64,000 nucleotides of DNA from Azolla caroliniana. Its lineage: Eukaryota > Plantae > Polypodiophyta. The stretch is taken from assembly GCA_043228905.1 (NCBI GenBank), contig JBHGNT010000013.1, positions 8,618,001 to 8,682,000 of the forward strand. The letters run 5' to 3'. This document shows positions 24,913-37,454 of the stretch, in pieces. Every line of letters begins with the position of its first letter. Positions within the stretch are counted from its first letter, which is position 1. The translations under genes were made by a program, and so were the position numbers. Under the pieces are notes generated by a model that saw only the letters and a list, made by a program, of their open reading frames with translations, did no database searches and was not told the DNA's origin.

Positions 24913-27499
24913 TGTTAGAACCAAGAGAAAAGATAGAGTGGTAGAAGAAAGATGTAAAGAGATCACGAGAAGAGAGGAATGAAGTGGTAAGAGAATAATC
25001 AATGTATTAGTAAGATAGAATGAAGATGGATACAAGAAAGGTGACAAAAGCTTAAGACTAGTGTTGATTCGAATTGGTTTGAGAAGAATTGTATGTCCAG
25101 ATTTATAGGTTCCTATATAATAGCCTAGTGATTTCTATAATGTTCTATAATGTTCTAGACCTAGAATATTCTAAGATGTTCTAGAATGTTCCAGAACATT
25201 TACAATAATCAATCTATTATAAGAAGTAGATTTTATTATTTTATATAATCATATGCTATCCTAATGGTTAGGTTCTTGATTATGTATTACAAGGTCTTGG
25301 GTTCAAGCCCAAGTGAAGCCATGATGCTTATGTATTCATGACACTATCTCCCCTTCGAGAACAACGAGTGGAAGTCATCGTTAACAATGTAGGGCCCGGT
25401 TTGTTTGGATAACGGTGATGGAAGTCTTTGACAAGAGCTTGAGCATTAGAAACATTATTGACGGGTTCCCAATTGTGATCATTCGGAGGATAGCCAACCT
25501 AATCAACCAGATAATAGAGCTTATTCCACACAATCTTCGAATCAAGAATAACAGCTACCTCGTATTCGGGGATGCCAACAAGTTGGACAGAGGGCGGAGG
25601 TGGCACAACCCGATTAGGAATAGAAGAGGTGCGACAAGGTTCCAAAAGAGAGCTATGAAAGACTGACTGGGTGAAGTCGCATGTGTGCTGGAATATTAAG
25701 ACGAAAGGTGGCATCGACTACGCGCAGTGATGAGAAAAGGACGTAGGCGTTGATAATCGAGCTTCTCACATGGCCGAGTAGTCTTGATGTGACGACGAAG
25801 CAACCATACTTGGTCACCAACCTTAAAAGGAGACTTAAGACGATGGCGATCGACGTTGGTCTTATGTTGTGCTTGAGTTGTCTGAAGATGTGAAGATAAC
25901 GCTAACTGGATTCGATGTAGTCGATGAAGATGATGCTCAACACTAGGGTTTCGTGTGACTTTGGGAAGATCCAAGATACACCATCGACGATGGTTACCAA
26001 TGTAGGCAAAGAAAGGTGTAACCTTGGTAGAAGAGTGTATCGTGTTATTGGATGCAAACTCAGCAAGATGTAGAATATTGCTCCAATCATCTTGTTGATA
26101 ACCGATGAAGCATTGAAGATGTTGCTCGAGTGTTTGATTTGTGTGCTCTGTTTGTTCGTTGGTTTGTGGATGATAAGCCGAAGAGAGTTTGCAGGAGATT
26201 TTGAGGCCTGCCCATAGGTGCTTCCAAAAGTGAGAGATAAATTGCGGACCACGATCAATAATTATATCGTCTGGAAGACCATGGTGGCGAAATACTTCAC
26301 GCATAACGATAACTGCGGTTTCCTGACTATTGATACTCTTTACACATGGTAAAAATGCGCCATCTTGGTAAAACGATCCACTACTGTTAAAATGGTATCA
26401 AATTCTTTTGACGGTGGCAGATCCATAATGAAATCCATAGAAATAGATTGCCATGGCTTGGTTGGAGGCGGTAATGGTTGTAACAAGCCATAAGGATGAT
26501 GCTTGGGTATTTTGGCTCGACAACAGGTGTCACATGTACGAACATAATCTTTGACAAATTTTTGCAAATGATGCCACCAAAACGAGCGCTTCACCAACTC
26601 CATGGTCTTGGAAATATCAAAATGTGCAGCCATAGAGGCATCATGACAATGTTGTAATACTTGAAGGCGGGGTGATCCATCAGGGACGTAAAGGAGATTC
26701 TTGTAAAAGAGTAAGCCATCTTGCCACTTGAATTACTCATAATGTTGAGATGAATCTTGCAATGTGGAGCAAGATTCATGGCTTGGACTAATGTGGGCTG
26801 AGACATCCTTAGCGAAATCATCAGAGTGAAGTTGCTGCCGAATAATATCAACAAGGCGTGGATCAAGAGGCATGCATAAACTATTGTTGTTTGTAGCTTT
26901 GATGGTGCTAGTAGAATTTGCTTTTGTTTGCCGAAGGCCGGATCTCTAGGTCGAGGTGCGAGATATGAACGTTGAGATAGAGCATCTGGCTTCCCTTGTT
27001 GCTTCCCGGGGCGGAAAACAATCTTGAAATCAAAACGAGTTAGAAATTGTTCCCACCGAGCTTGTCTCCTATTTAACACTTGAGCCATTTGAAAATACAT
27101 AAGATTTTTGTGATCACTATAAATGATTATTTGATGAGGCGATCCTTCCAAGAAATGTTGCCATTGCTCGAAAGAGTCAACCACAACTAGTAACTCGTCA
27201 TGCCCTCATAGTTTATCTCCGCAGTAGTAACTTTTCTCGAGTGAAACGCGACTGGATGGGATTGCCTGTCCTTGCTTGGTTGGGATAGGATACTCCCCAA
27301 TGCAAAGTCTGACGCATCCGCTTCAATGGTAAATGGCTTTTCGGGATCAATATGTGCTAATATAGGAGTTGATGTGAATGCCTCTTTGAGTTGAGTAAAG
27401 GTTGTGTCTGCTTCAATTATCGAAACAAACGTTTGATTCTTCTTGGTGAGTTAGGTGAGAGGCAACACGATCTTTGAATAATTTTGTATGAATTTGCGA
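24913..27499 (-). mobile_element. 3' part of a Tcn1/fungal-type chromovirus (D): RNase H, integrase, chromodomain, PPT, 3' LTR 24913-25343
   Basis: HFLEGSPHQIIIYSDHKNL, LNRRQARW, WQSISMDFI, EYEVAVILDSK...YYLVD; PPT GAAGGGGAGATAG then TGTCATG. Confidence 0.87.
25255..25313 (+). other. tRNA-like (A-box/B-box) cassette inside an LTR
   Basis: TATCCTAATGGTTA ... GGTTCAAGCCC with hairpin CTTGGG/CCCAAG; no acceptor stem. Confidence 0.6.
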
Positions 27500-28611
27500 T
27501 AGCCCGCACCATCGGTGTCTAAGACAACAACCTTCCGACGTAAAAATCCTTATGAGGGTAGCTAAGCCTCATACTTATACCTCTTCCTAGGCCCCTTGAA
27601 TAGATGTGCCTTTCCAAAAGGCTCTCCATTCATTGGTTGTCCAAATCATGATAGTACATGCACCATTCATTCCTTCTATCCAATCACATTAGTCCCCTCT
27701 TTAACATTAGTGAATATACCCTTCACTTATGTAAATATTAAAGACCTACCCTCACCTACGTTATGTGTACATAACACCGTGGAACCTTAAACCGATTCCG
27801 GTATCGAGAGCTCACATCCCAAAGTTGATGGAGCTGCTCCAGGAAACAATCAAGGAACCTTCGAGTGTTCCATATTTGGATTGGTGGTTTATAGTGCCGA
27901 AGAAGAACGGGACATTGTGCTTCATATAAGACATGCAATTTGTCAAAAAAGTGACAATCCGAAATGCAAGGGTAGGACCGACCATTGACGAGTTTGCGAA
28001 GGCCTTCGCCGGAAGGTCAATCTACTTGGTCGGTGACTTATACTCGGGGTATGACCAGTTTCAACTAGCCGTGCAAAGAAGGGACATCACAACGATGCAT
28101 ACCCCTCTCGGCTTGGTTCAAATGTGTACCCTGCCACAAGGAGGGACGAATTCTGTGGCTCACATGGTGAATGCGATGAACAAGGTGTTGAGGCATTGCA
28201 TCTTGGATATCACCATGCCATTCTTGGATGACATCTCAATAAAGGGGTTTCCGGAGGACATAATGGACGAGATGGTCGAGAAAGATAGGTGTCGAAAGTT
28301 CGTGGCTGACCACATCTCTGATTGCGAGAGGATACCGTAAAGGCTGGAAGGAGCACGACTTACCTTCTCAGGGGAGACGTCGGCATTCAAACAATCAAGA
28401 TCTTGGTGGTCAGACACCTATGTAGGTCCTATGGTCGGAAACCATCTCCGACTAAGGTGGAAGCGATCTCGGCTATGAAGGAGGAATGCAGGATATCCAC
28501 GGAGGTCCAACGGTTCCCAGGAGCATCTGCTTTCTACCACATGTGGATTCCCCACTATGCACATATTGCCAAGCTACTCTACGCCTTACTGAAGAAGGAA
28601 AAGTTGGAATG

Positions 28612-28954
28612 TGTTGAGCGGCAAGCTCAACTGGAGCCGGATCAGCTGAATAAGCCGGAGCCGGTAAGCGAGACAGATCGGGCGAAATGGATCGGTATGA
28701 CGGTGAGCAACCGAACCGGCAAGCAGTGGAGGCCGGGTGCAATCCGTAACCGGAAGTCCAATCGGAAGCCTAGTATAGGATAGACTACTAGGTAGCTATA
28801 GTCTCGTAGTAAGTGTCAGATGCTCGTGTGAGCATTGAAGTACATGGTACTTCTGTCAGTCCCAAGAGGACTTGTATAAATAGTGCTACTTAGCACAGTG
28901 TGTGTACAGAGTCTTGATATAATTTTGGAATGGTGTTCTGCTCTCTCTGTCTCT

Positions 28955-28990
<36 letters not shown>

Positions 28991-31900
28991 ATGTGTTGTT
29001 CTCTGTTTTACGCTTCCGCAAACACTTACGTTTTCATGGTATCAGAGCGCGAGGGTTGAGAACCTCTGCTATAGACATTTACTCTTGAGAAGAAAACCCT
29101 AACAGGTTGAAAACAGACACAGTAGAAGACATGGATGGAGGCATGGCTACGTCGCTCCCGGTGGAGAAGCTCGACAGGAGCAACTACGCATCCTGGTCTT
29201 ACAAGATGCACCAGTACATGCTTGGACACGGGTACTGGAGTTATGTCGAAGGAGCGAATGATGCGGCGCTCGACTCGGCACACAAGGACTTCCCGGTATG
29301 GGAACAGGCGGCAAGCGGGGTGATGTACTGCTTCGCGTCCAGTGTCGGCGATCAGCTGCTCAGCCACATCCGTGACGCCAAGACACCGAAGGATGCTTGG
29401 GGGAACCTGAAAAAGGTTTTCGCCGCAAGCACCACTGCCCGGAAGCTACAACTCAGATAGGAGTTATGCAATGTTCGACAGAAGAACATGTCTGTGGCAG
29501 ACTACACGGGCCAGATAAAGGAGATCTGCGACTCGCTTGCCTCTATCAATGTTACCGTAGAGGAAGACGAGATGGTGCAGGTATGTATCGGAGGCCTGGT
29601 GTCCAAGTTCGGAGCGTTCCGGACTGCGGTGTGTACAAGGGAGAATACCCCCTCATTCTTCGACTTACAGTCGATGCTCCTTGTAGAGGAGAACCACGCC
29701 GGTGCATCTACCAGTGCATCCCCGGACAACCGAATGCTGTACACGGGAACAGATCGGCTCCGTGGGCGTGGTGGAAGAGGTGGGTCGGCACGCAATGGAG
29801 GCGGCCGGCAAGAGCAGGAACGGAGGCACTATGAGCGTGCCGACAACAGTTCCGGGACTTCCACAAGCAGAGGGAGTCAAGGCGGTGCCGGAGGCCGGCA
29901 AGACAAATCCGCTACGGAATGCTGGTACTGTGGCAAAAAAGGCCACAAGGAAAGCGAGTGCTAGAGAAAGCGTGCCGATTCGGACAAATCCGGATCCGGC
30001 AAGACCGGTAAGGATGGCCGGCAAAACTCGCACTACGCAAACGGATCAGGAGGATCCGGAACCGTAAAGGCCGGTAAGGGGCCAACCTTGGTGATGAATC
30101 ACAAGGCAAACTCAATGAAGAAGACCACTTCCAAAACGGAGGAAGTGTGGTATGTTGATTCCGGCGTGTCGAACCACATGACGAGCCACAAAGAGTGGTT
30201 CTCCTTTCTGGAGAAACCGGATCAACCAGGAGTAGTCGAAACCGGAGACGACACTCCTCACCCAATCGTGCACGTCGGAGAAGTCCCTCTAAGCCACGTC
30301 GGACAGAAAGGGAAGCTGACGAACGTATTACACGTTCCGACAATCACGAAGAACCTCGTGTCCGTCGGTCAGATTGTCGACCAGGGGATGCAGGTGCGGT
30401 TTACGCACCTTGGGTGCTTCATTGAGGATGAGGGCAAAGTCATTGCGCAAGGGCGCAGAGACGGGAGGATGTTTATCCTCAACACCAATGACTTTGGCAC
30501 CGCTCTGTTTGCGAAATGACAGAAGGTCGAGTCGGACATCGACCTGTGGCACAAGTGGATAGGCCACGTCAACTACCGGAGGCTTCAAGACCTGCAAACG
30601 AAACAAGTCGTTTTCGGTTCGCCGAAGTTCAGCGGCCGGAGAGCCGAAATTTGTGAAGCCTGCCAACTTGGGAAGCAACACCGGCTTCCATTCCCCACCG
30701 AACAGAACCGGAGCCGTAACAAGCTCGATCTCCTCCATTCGGATGTGTGGGGACCGACACAAAGTGTAAGCCTTGGCGGGAGCTGATACTTCGTCTCCTT
30801 CATCGAAGACTATACTCGACATACTTGGATGTACCTCATTGAGTGGAAGAGCGAAGTCTTCGACTGTTTCCGGAGCCTCCAGAAGATGGTGGAACGGGAA
30901 TTGGAGAGGAAGATCAAATGCCTTCGGTCGGATGGCGGAAAGGAATATTTTCCCGGCCAATTCACTAGTTATTTGCAGCAGAAGGGAATTCGGCGAGAGT
31001 TCAGCTGCAGATACACACCAGAGCAAAACGGTGTGGCCGAAAGGAAGAACCGGACACTCGTCGAAGCGGCAAGGGCAATGCTGGAGGAGAAGAGCATGCC
31101 TCGGTTCTACTGGGCGGAGGCGGTCCGGACGGCTGTCTACATACAAAACCGCATTGGTGACAAGGTGTCAGCTCATGAGCTGTATTTCGGGCGCAAGCCG
31201 AACTTAAGACACCTTCGGATATTCGGCAGCATAGCGTATGTGCATGTGCCGGATCAGAAGCGGAGAAAGCTGGATGCAAAATCGGAAAAACGCATCCTAG
31301 TCGGCTATGCTCAAGAGCAAAAGGGGTATAAGTGCTATAACCCCCGGACGAAGGAAGTCCGAGTTAGCCGGGATGTCGAGTTCGATGAATCGACATCCTG
31401 GTACTCCGTATCGACTTCGACTTCCGATCCCGACCCAATGCCGGAAGATTAGGCCAGTGAGCCTGAATCAGCCCTAGCAGAGGATGATGAAGCCGGGACT
31501 CAAGAAGAGAGTCCGGAATCGTTACGGTTGAGTGGACCGAACGAGCGACTGAGTCGGTTGGACCAGTCGGATGAAGAGACGGCAAGTGGTGGAGACTCTG
31601 CCGTGCTCTCCCCGCGCAAGGAACCGAGGAAACGGTTCACGCGCAAAGAGGAGGGGAAGAGGAAGATGCCGGAATTCGAAACCGGCAACGAAGAGTTGGA
31701 TCGGTGTGTATCCGACTCCGGAAAGGAGAAAGGCGGATCTTCGGCAACGAAGACCGAACTGGCCAAGAAGGGCCTCAAATCAGGTGACAGTGCGTTGCGC
31801 CGATCAACCCGCCAGAAGGATCCCGTCATGCGGTACGTGTACAATGAATACATGGCGCATCATTATGCGTACATGACTAAGGTGACAGAAGTGCGTGAGC

Positions 31901-34586
31901 CGGAGAGCTACGCAGAAGCGGCAAAGGACGCAAATTGGCGTGCCGCTATGGACGAAGAAATGCGGGCGCTCGATGCCAACGAAACTTGGGACCTAGTTGA
32001 TCCTCCCCGTCAGTGTAAACCGATCGGATGCAAGTGGGTGTACAAGGTCAAGTACAACGCCGACGGTTCTGTTAACTGGTACAAAGCCCGGTTAGTGGCG
32101 GAGGGATACGCGCAGACCCACGGAATCGACTACGACAAGACCTTCGCTTCTGTGGTGAAGATGACGACGGTTCATGTGGTACTGGCGGTTGCTGCGGCAA
32201 GGGGGTGGCATCTTCACCAGATGGATGTGAAGAACGCCTTCCTTCAAGGAGAGCTTGAAGAAGAAGTCTTTATGACTCAGCCCCCCAAATTTCAATCGGA
32301 GATGAACAAGTCGGCGGTATGCCGACTGAAGAAGTCGCTTTACGGCTTGAAGCAAGCCCCCCGAGCTTGGAACGCGAAGATCACGCACCGGTTGCGTAAG
32401 CTGGGGTTTGCTGTCTCTAAGTCGGACTCTTCGTTGTTCATCCGGCAAGGCTCTGACGGTCCGGTATGTATACTCTTGTATGTGGATGATTTAGTCATCA
32501 CCGGACCGGGTCTTCCCGAAATCAACCGCGTCAAGTTCCAGTTGTCGGACGCATTCGAAATGAAGGACCTGGGGGACCTTCATTATTTTCTTGGGATCGA
32601 AGTGATCCGGACCCCCGACGGCATATTGCTCTCACAACGACATTACGTGTTGAATATGTTGTATAAGTTTGGCATGACGGATTGCTGACCTGTCTCCACA
32701 CCCCTGGACCGGAACCAGAAGCTCCGTCCCAACTCCGGACCGGCCTGCAATGAGAAACAGTTCCGACAGGTTGTCGGAAGCCTGATCTACTTAACCATCA
32801 CCCGACCCGACATCAGCTATCCGGTCAGCATGGTAAGTCAGTTCATGCAGAAGCCGACTTTGGAGCACCTTCAGTGCGTGCAACGAATATTACGGTATGT
32901 CAGCGGCACTAAGGACCGGGGACTGCTATACTGGCGGGGTATACTCGAAGAGCTTGTCGGTTACACAGATGCTGACTGGGCCGGCGATGCGTCTGATCGC
33001 TGCTCCACTTCCGGATACATGTTCTCCATAGGTAGCGCGGCTGTTGCGTGGAGCAGCAAGAAGAAGCCCACAGTGGCTTTGTCAAGCACTGAGGCTGAGT
33101 ACCGGGCCGCTACCATTGCCACTTGTGAAGCCATCTGGCTTCGGCGACTGCTGCGAGACTTGCGGATCGAGGTACCGACCCCGATCCCGATTTACTGCGA
33201 TAACATGAGCAGCCTGCAGCTTGCCAGGAACCTTGTGTTCCATGCTCGCACAAAGCACATCGAGGTGCACTACCACTTCGTGCGTGAGCGGGTCCTGAGC
33301 GGTGAAGTTGACCTACGGTATGTTCATACGGATCGGCAAGTTGCCGACATCTTCACCAAGCCGCTCGGATCGGACAAGTTGCAACACTTTACCGACATGC
33401 TTGGTATTGAGCATCTCGACGTGCCGCACTTGAGGGGGAGAAGCAAGGGCAAAGTCTCTACCGAAACGGGCAAAGGCCAAAAAACTGTTGAACCCGTCGG
33501 TAAGAGGAGAGCCGGAAGAAGAGGAGACAAGAAGATGAAGGAAGCCGAGTCGACGAAGGAAGTCGACACATCGGAACAAGTCGGAGCAAGCGGCTGTGAA
33601 GAAGAGTTGTGCACTCAGGAAGAGAAGTGCATGCTGTGCGGAGGTCATCATGACGGTACTGGCCATGATGCGGAGTCGAATGAAGAATTCGATTTTGGTT
33701 CACCGGCTGAAGAAGCTGAGGGAAGCATGGAGAAGGCCAAGACTCGGAAGTGGTCCGATGTGGTGAGAGGCCTAAAGCCGGAAGTCGAATCGGAGTGTAC
33801 CGATTCGGACAAGAGTTGGAACGAGTCGGAGACAACTGACTCGGATCAACAGATGGATCCGGATGAGTCGGATCGACTGAAGGCCAAGGGGACACGGACA
33901 CAGCGGAAGTCGATGCCATCGTGGGAGAACCGACGGATCGGCAAGCGCCGGAGTCACACCAATGTGAGTGCTGAGATGGGCCTATTGAGCAGACATGCCG
34001 ACCGAGAGGGTCGAGGCGCGCAGAACCAAAGGGGTCGCAGCAAACGGGACCGGACCGGACGAGGAGCGCGAGCAAGGCGGAGTGACGTTAGGAGAAGTCG
34101 GTTGGAAGAACCGACTGCCACAAAGGTCGACACTACACGACCCCACCTCAGGCTGAGCTTGAGGGGGAGTGTTGAGGGGCAAGCTCAACCGGAGCCGGAT
34201 TGGCTAAATAAGCCGGAGCCGGTAAGCGAGACGGACCGGGCGAAACGGATCGGTATGACGGTGAGCAACCGAACCGACAAGCAGTGGAGGCCGGGTGCAA
34301 TCCGTAACCGGAAGTCCAATCGGAAGCCTAGTATAGGATAGACTACTAGGTAGCTATAGTCTCGTAGTAAGTGTCAGATGCTCATGTGAGCATTGAAGTA
34401 CATGGTACTTCTGTCAGTCCCAAGAGGACTTGTATAAATAGTGCTACTTAGCACAGTGTGTGTACAGAGTCTTGATATAATTTTGGAATGGTGTTCTGCT
34501 CTCTCTGTCTCTCTCGCTCGCTCTCTCTCTCTCTCTCTCTATGTGTTGTTCTCTGTTTTACGCTTCCGCAAACACTTACGTTTTCA
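28612..34586 (+). mobile_element. Full-length Ty1/copia element (copia X2) with premature stops
   Basis: LTRs 28612-29036 and 34170-34586, TSD GAATG, PBS TGGTATCAGAGC at 29037-29048, PPT at 34159-34169; gag CWYCGKKGHKESEC, WYVDSG, integrase, LYVDD, RNase H. Confidence 0.97.
29131..34341 (+). pseudogene. Copia gag-pol in a single frame with several stop codons
   Basis: ORF pieces at 29107, 29488, 30088, 30829, 31528 and 32830 share one frame and follow copia domain order. Confidence 0.92.
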
Positions 34587-37454
34587 GAATGGGGAGAAGA
34601 GCACTCGGGGCCGATGCGGAGATTGAAGGCGATGGTGATGGCGGTGTTGCCTTTCCAGAAGGCAGTTTACAAAAAGGGTGCTCTGGTATATGTGATTGTT
34701 GACACGAGTCCGACTGAAATTGAATGGGTAATCAACTAGGAGGACGACAACGGAACGAGATTCACCACCCGATTTGGTGTGAAAGTTTTGAGTGAGCAGG
34801 AACAAGGATATGCCCAAGTCAAGCGAAAGCTGTGGGGTATTGTTTTGGTGGTGAAGGTAGATAAGGAATACTTAATCGGGACAAAGGTAATTATCGAGAA
34901 CGACTACCTCCTGATTCTCGGGATGATACCCGGATGCACAACTCTGGACCTGGCGATGCTCAGGTGGATCGAGTATATCAGGTCCCTGAATCCGGAGATA
35001 CGACACATTTATGGGAAAGACAATGCCATGGCCGATATGCTGTCAAGAGCACGGTTCAAAGGAGAAGAAGACATGGTATCAGAAGAAGAAGAGGTTGGCG
35101 AGGACTTGTTCGAGTCGGCTCGGCTGTTGGAGAACGAGCGAAGCACTTTGACCCTACATATGTTTAACGAAAATGACTATGAAGGGGAGTGGCTTCAAAT
35201 AGGGAGGTTCTTGAGCACGATGACAGTAGGAGCATCATGGATGAAGGAGGAAGTGAGTCGGATCCGGAAGAAGGCATACAAGTTCTTCCTACGAGATGGG
35301 GTAATTTGGTAGCATCTGAAGAAGCGAAATGGCACACCACTCCAGGTGGTGACAAAGAATGAGGACCAGTCAGTGCTACTAGCTGAATTTCACGAGAGCC
35401 CATGGTCCGACATCGGGGAACATGGGCCACATTCGAAGCTCAAGGAGAGATATTGGTGGCCGAGGATGTACAATGACATGCAACACTTCATGAAGACGTG
35501 TGAAAGCTTCCAAGTACATTCGGGGATCCGGCACGGCAATGAGCTGCACTCGACATACCTGCTTGCAATTCACTTCAAGTGGATGGTAGATTTAGTGACG
35601 ATGCAGATGGGGGTAGGGCAAATGAGGTACCTGGCGCTTTCACGAGAGGACTTGATGAATTAGGTGGAAGGCCGAGGCTTAACAAACAAGATGACCATGA
35701 TAGTATGCAAGTTCTTGATCGAAGATGTGATTGCCAATACAGATGTGTTGGGAAGATAGTGGCCGACCCAAAAGAGTTGGACACACATGAAGCCGAGGAG
35801 TTGTTCGACCAAGTAGGGGTCAAGCTCTCCCTTACGTGGGCATACAATCCAAAAGAAAACGAGAAGGTTGAGCTCGGGCACGACCTGATTGTGAAGGCGA
35901 TTGTGCAAGCATGCGACAGACGAGTTAGGAATTGGCCGCGACTTCTGCCATACGCATTATGAGCCAATTGAACTACACACAGTTCGGTAACTGGGTACAT
36001 GCTGACCGAGCTCATGCTAGAACAAAAGCCGATCATGTCGGTGGAACGAACGATCACATCGTGGATGACAGTCGACTAGGCGGACAAGATGAGTCAGGAG
36101 GAGTTGCTGGCGGCACGAATTTGACAATTCGAGAGGAGGTCGGAGGACGTGGAGCAAGTGAAGGCGAAGATAAAGGAGGCGTGGATGAGGAGCAAAGGAC
36201 GGTTCGACCGGACGCATCGACTACAACCGAAGAAGATTGAAGAAGGCGACTAGGTGCTGGACTATGACAACAGCCTCGACAACCAGCACTTGTCGACATG
36301 GAAGTTCGCGAGATGGTGGTTCGGGCCATACGTGGTGACGAGCACTAACCACAATGCCACATACCACCTTGCAGAGCTCAACGTGACGAGAATGGAGGTA
36401 CCGGTTGTGGGGAAACGGATCAAGGCCTTCAAGAAGTGACATGAGGCGTAACCGGACCCGGACGTGGAGGACGACAAGGCTAAGGAGACGGACAAGCACC
36501 CGATCAACGACGGATCGATAGAGGAAGAGTAAGAGCCGGACCAGAATCCCCACTGCTTCACTAGCTGGCACATGTTGGAGGATGTGTGTGCGGTTTGGTA
36601 GGGGTGGATGTCGTGGAGAATTCTGGCAATGAGGAGAAAAGTGAGCCGATGCTCGTGAACTCAGATGTACAAGTAGGCACATGAACACGTCTAATGTACA
36701 AATGAATGTAAATAACATAGGACTTAGTAAACAAAGATAACTTTAAGTAGGTACTTTAATGTCCCACAAAAAGAGGGGAATAAAAGTGAGTGATGGGAGG
36801 ATATCGGGGGAAGATCTCTGATATGAAATGGTTTTCATGAAGATTGATGCAACAAACTCTTCTTCCACCATAAAAGGAGGGAAGGAAATCCGTTTGGGGG
36901 ATAATCATTTTTGGGGAGGAAACGTTGCCGGTTTGCATGTTGAGTTTTGATTTTCTAGTTCTGTGCATTCGGTGACGGAAGGTGAGGGCTTTGCTCGTGT
37001 AGGAATCCTGTGTGCTCCCGACCAGATGCTCATAAGTTCAGTGTGTGTGTGCGGAGCTCGAAGCTCTGTAGCCGGCCGCATCCGGTTATATATTCTCTGT
37101 CGGTTAATACACTGTTGGTATTGCAGTATCCGAATCTCATTGTCTCTATCTCTATCTCTATCTTTCTCTATCTTTCTCTGTCTTTCTTTGTCTTTCTTTG
37201 TCTCTATCTCTATCTCTGTGTGTGTGTTTGGTCCGCATTCTCATCTTTGTTCTGTCCATTTTGTGTATCTACTTAAGTCTCTGAGCCTGTGTGCTCATCT
37301 TTCAGAATCCGGCGGCAGACCCAGATCAGATACACGTTTGGGAATCTTGTGCTCCGTGAATATCTCTGGCAACCGTGCCAGATTGTCGCTGCAAGCTCGT
37401 GGGCCCTCTCAAGCTCGTTAGTCCAAGGCCCTAGTGGTCCTACCTGATCCGACA

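Larger units (their letters stand above)
20351..27776 (-). mobile_element. Decayed chromovirus C, a relative of A, with two nested insertions; 5' LTR remnant at 27500-27776
   Basis: gag (~24000-24898), protease, [11 protein letters not shown], RNase H and integrase fragments are colinear with ORF 270-4673; 27500-27776 is similar to 6634-6908. Assigning the LTR remnant to this copy is inference. Confidence 0.87.
27777..37454 (+). mobile_element. Trp-gypsy 2: RT, RNase H, integrase, PPT and 3' LTR 36609-37454; split by copia X2
   Basis: LPQGGTNSVAHMVNAMN and FLDDISIKG; GGTAGGGGTGGA|TGTCG...CGACA. Confidence 0.9.
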
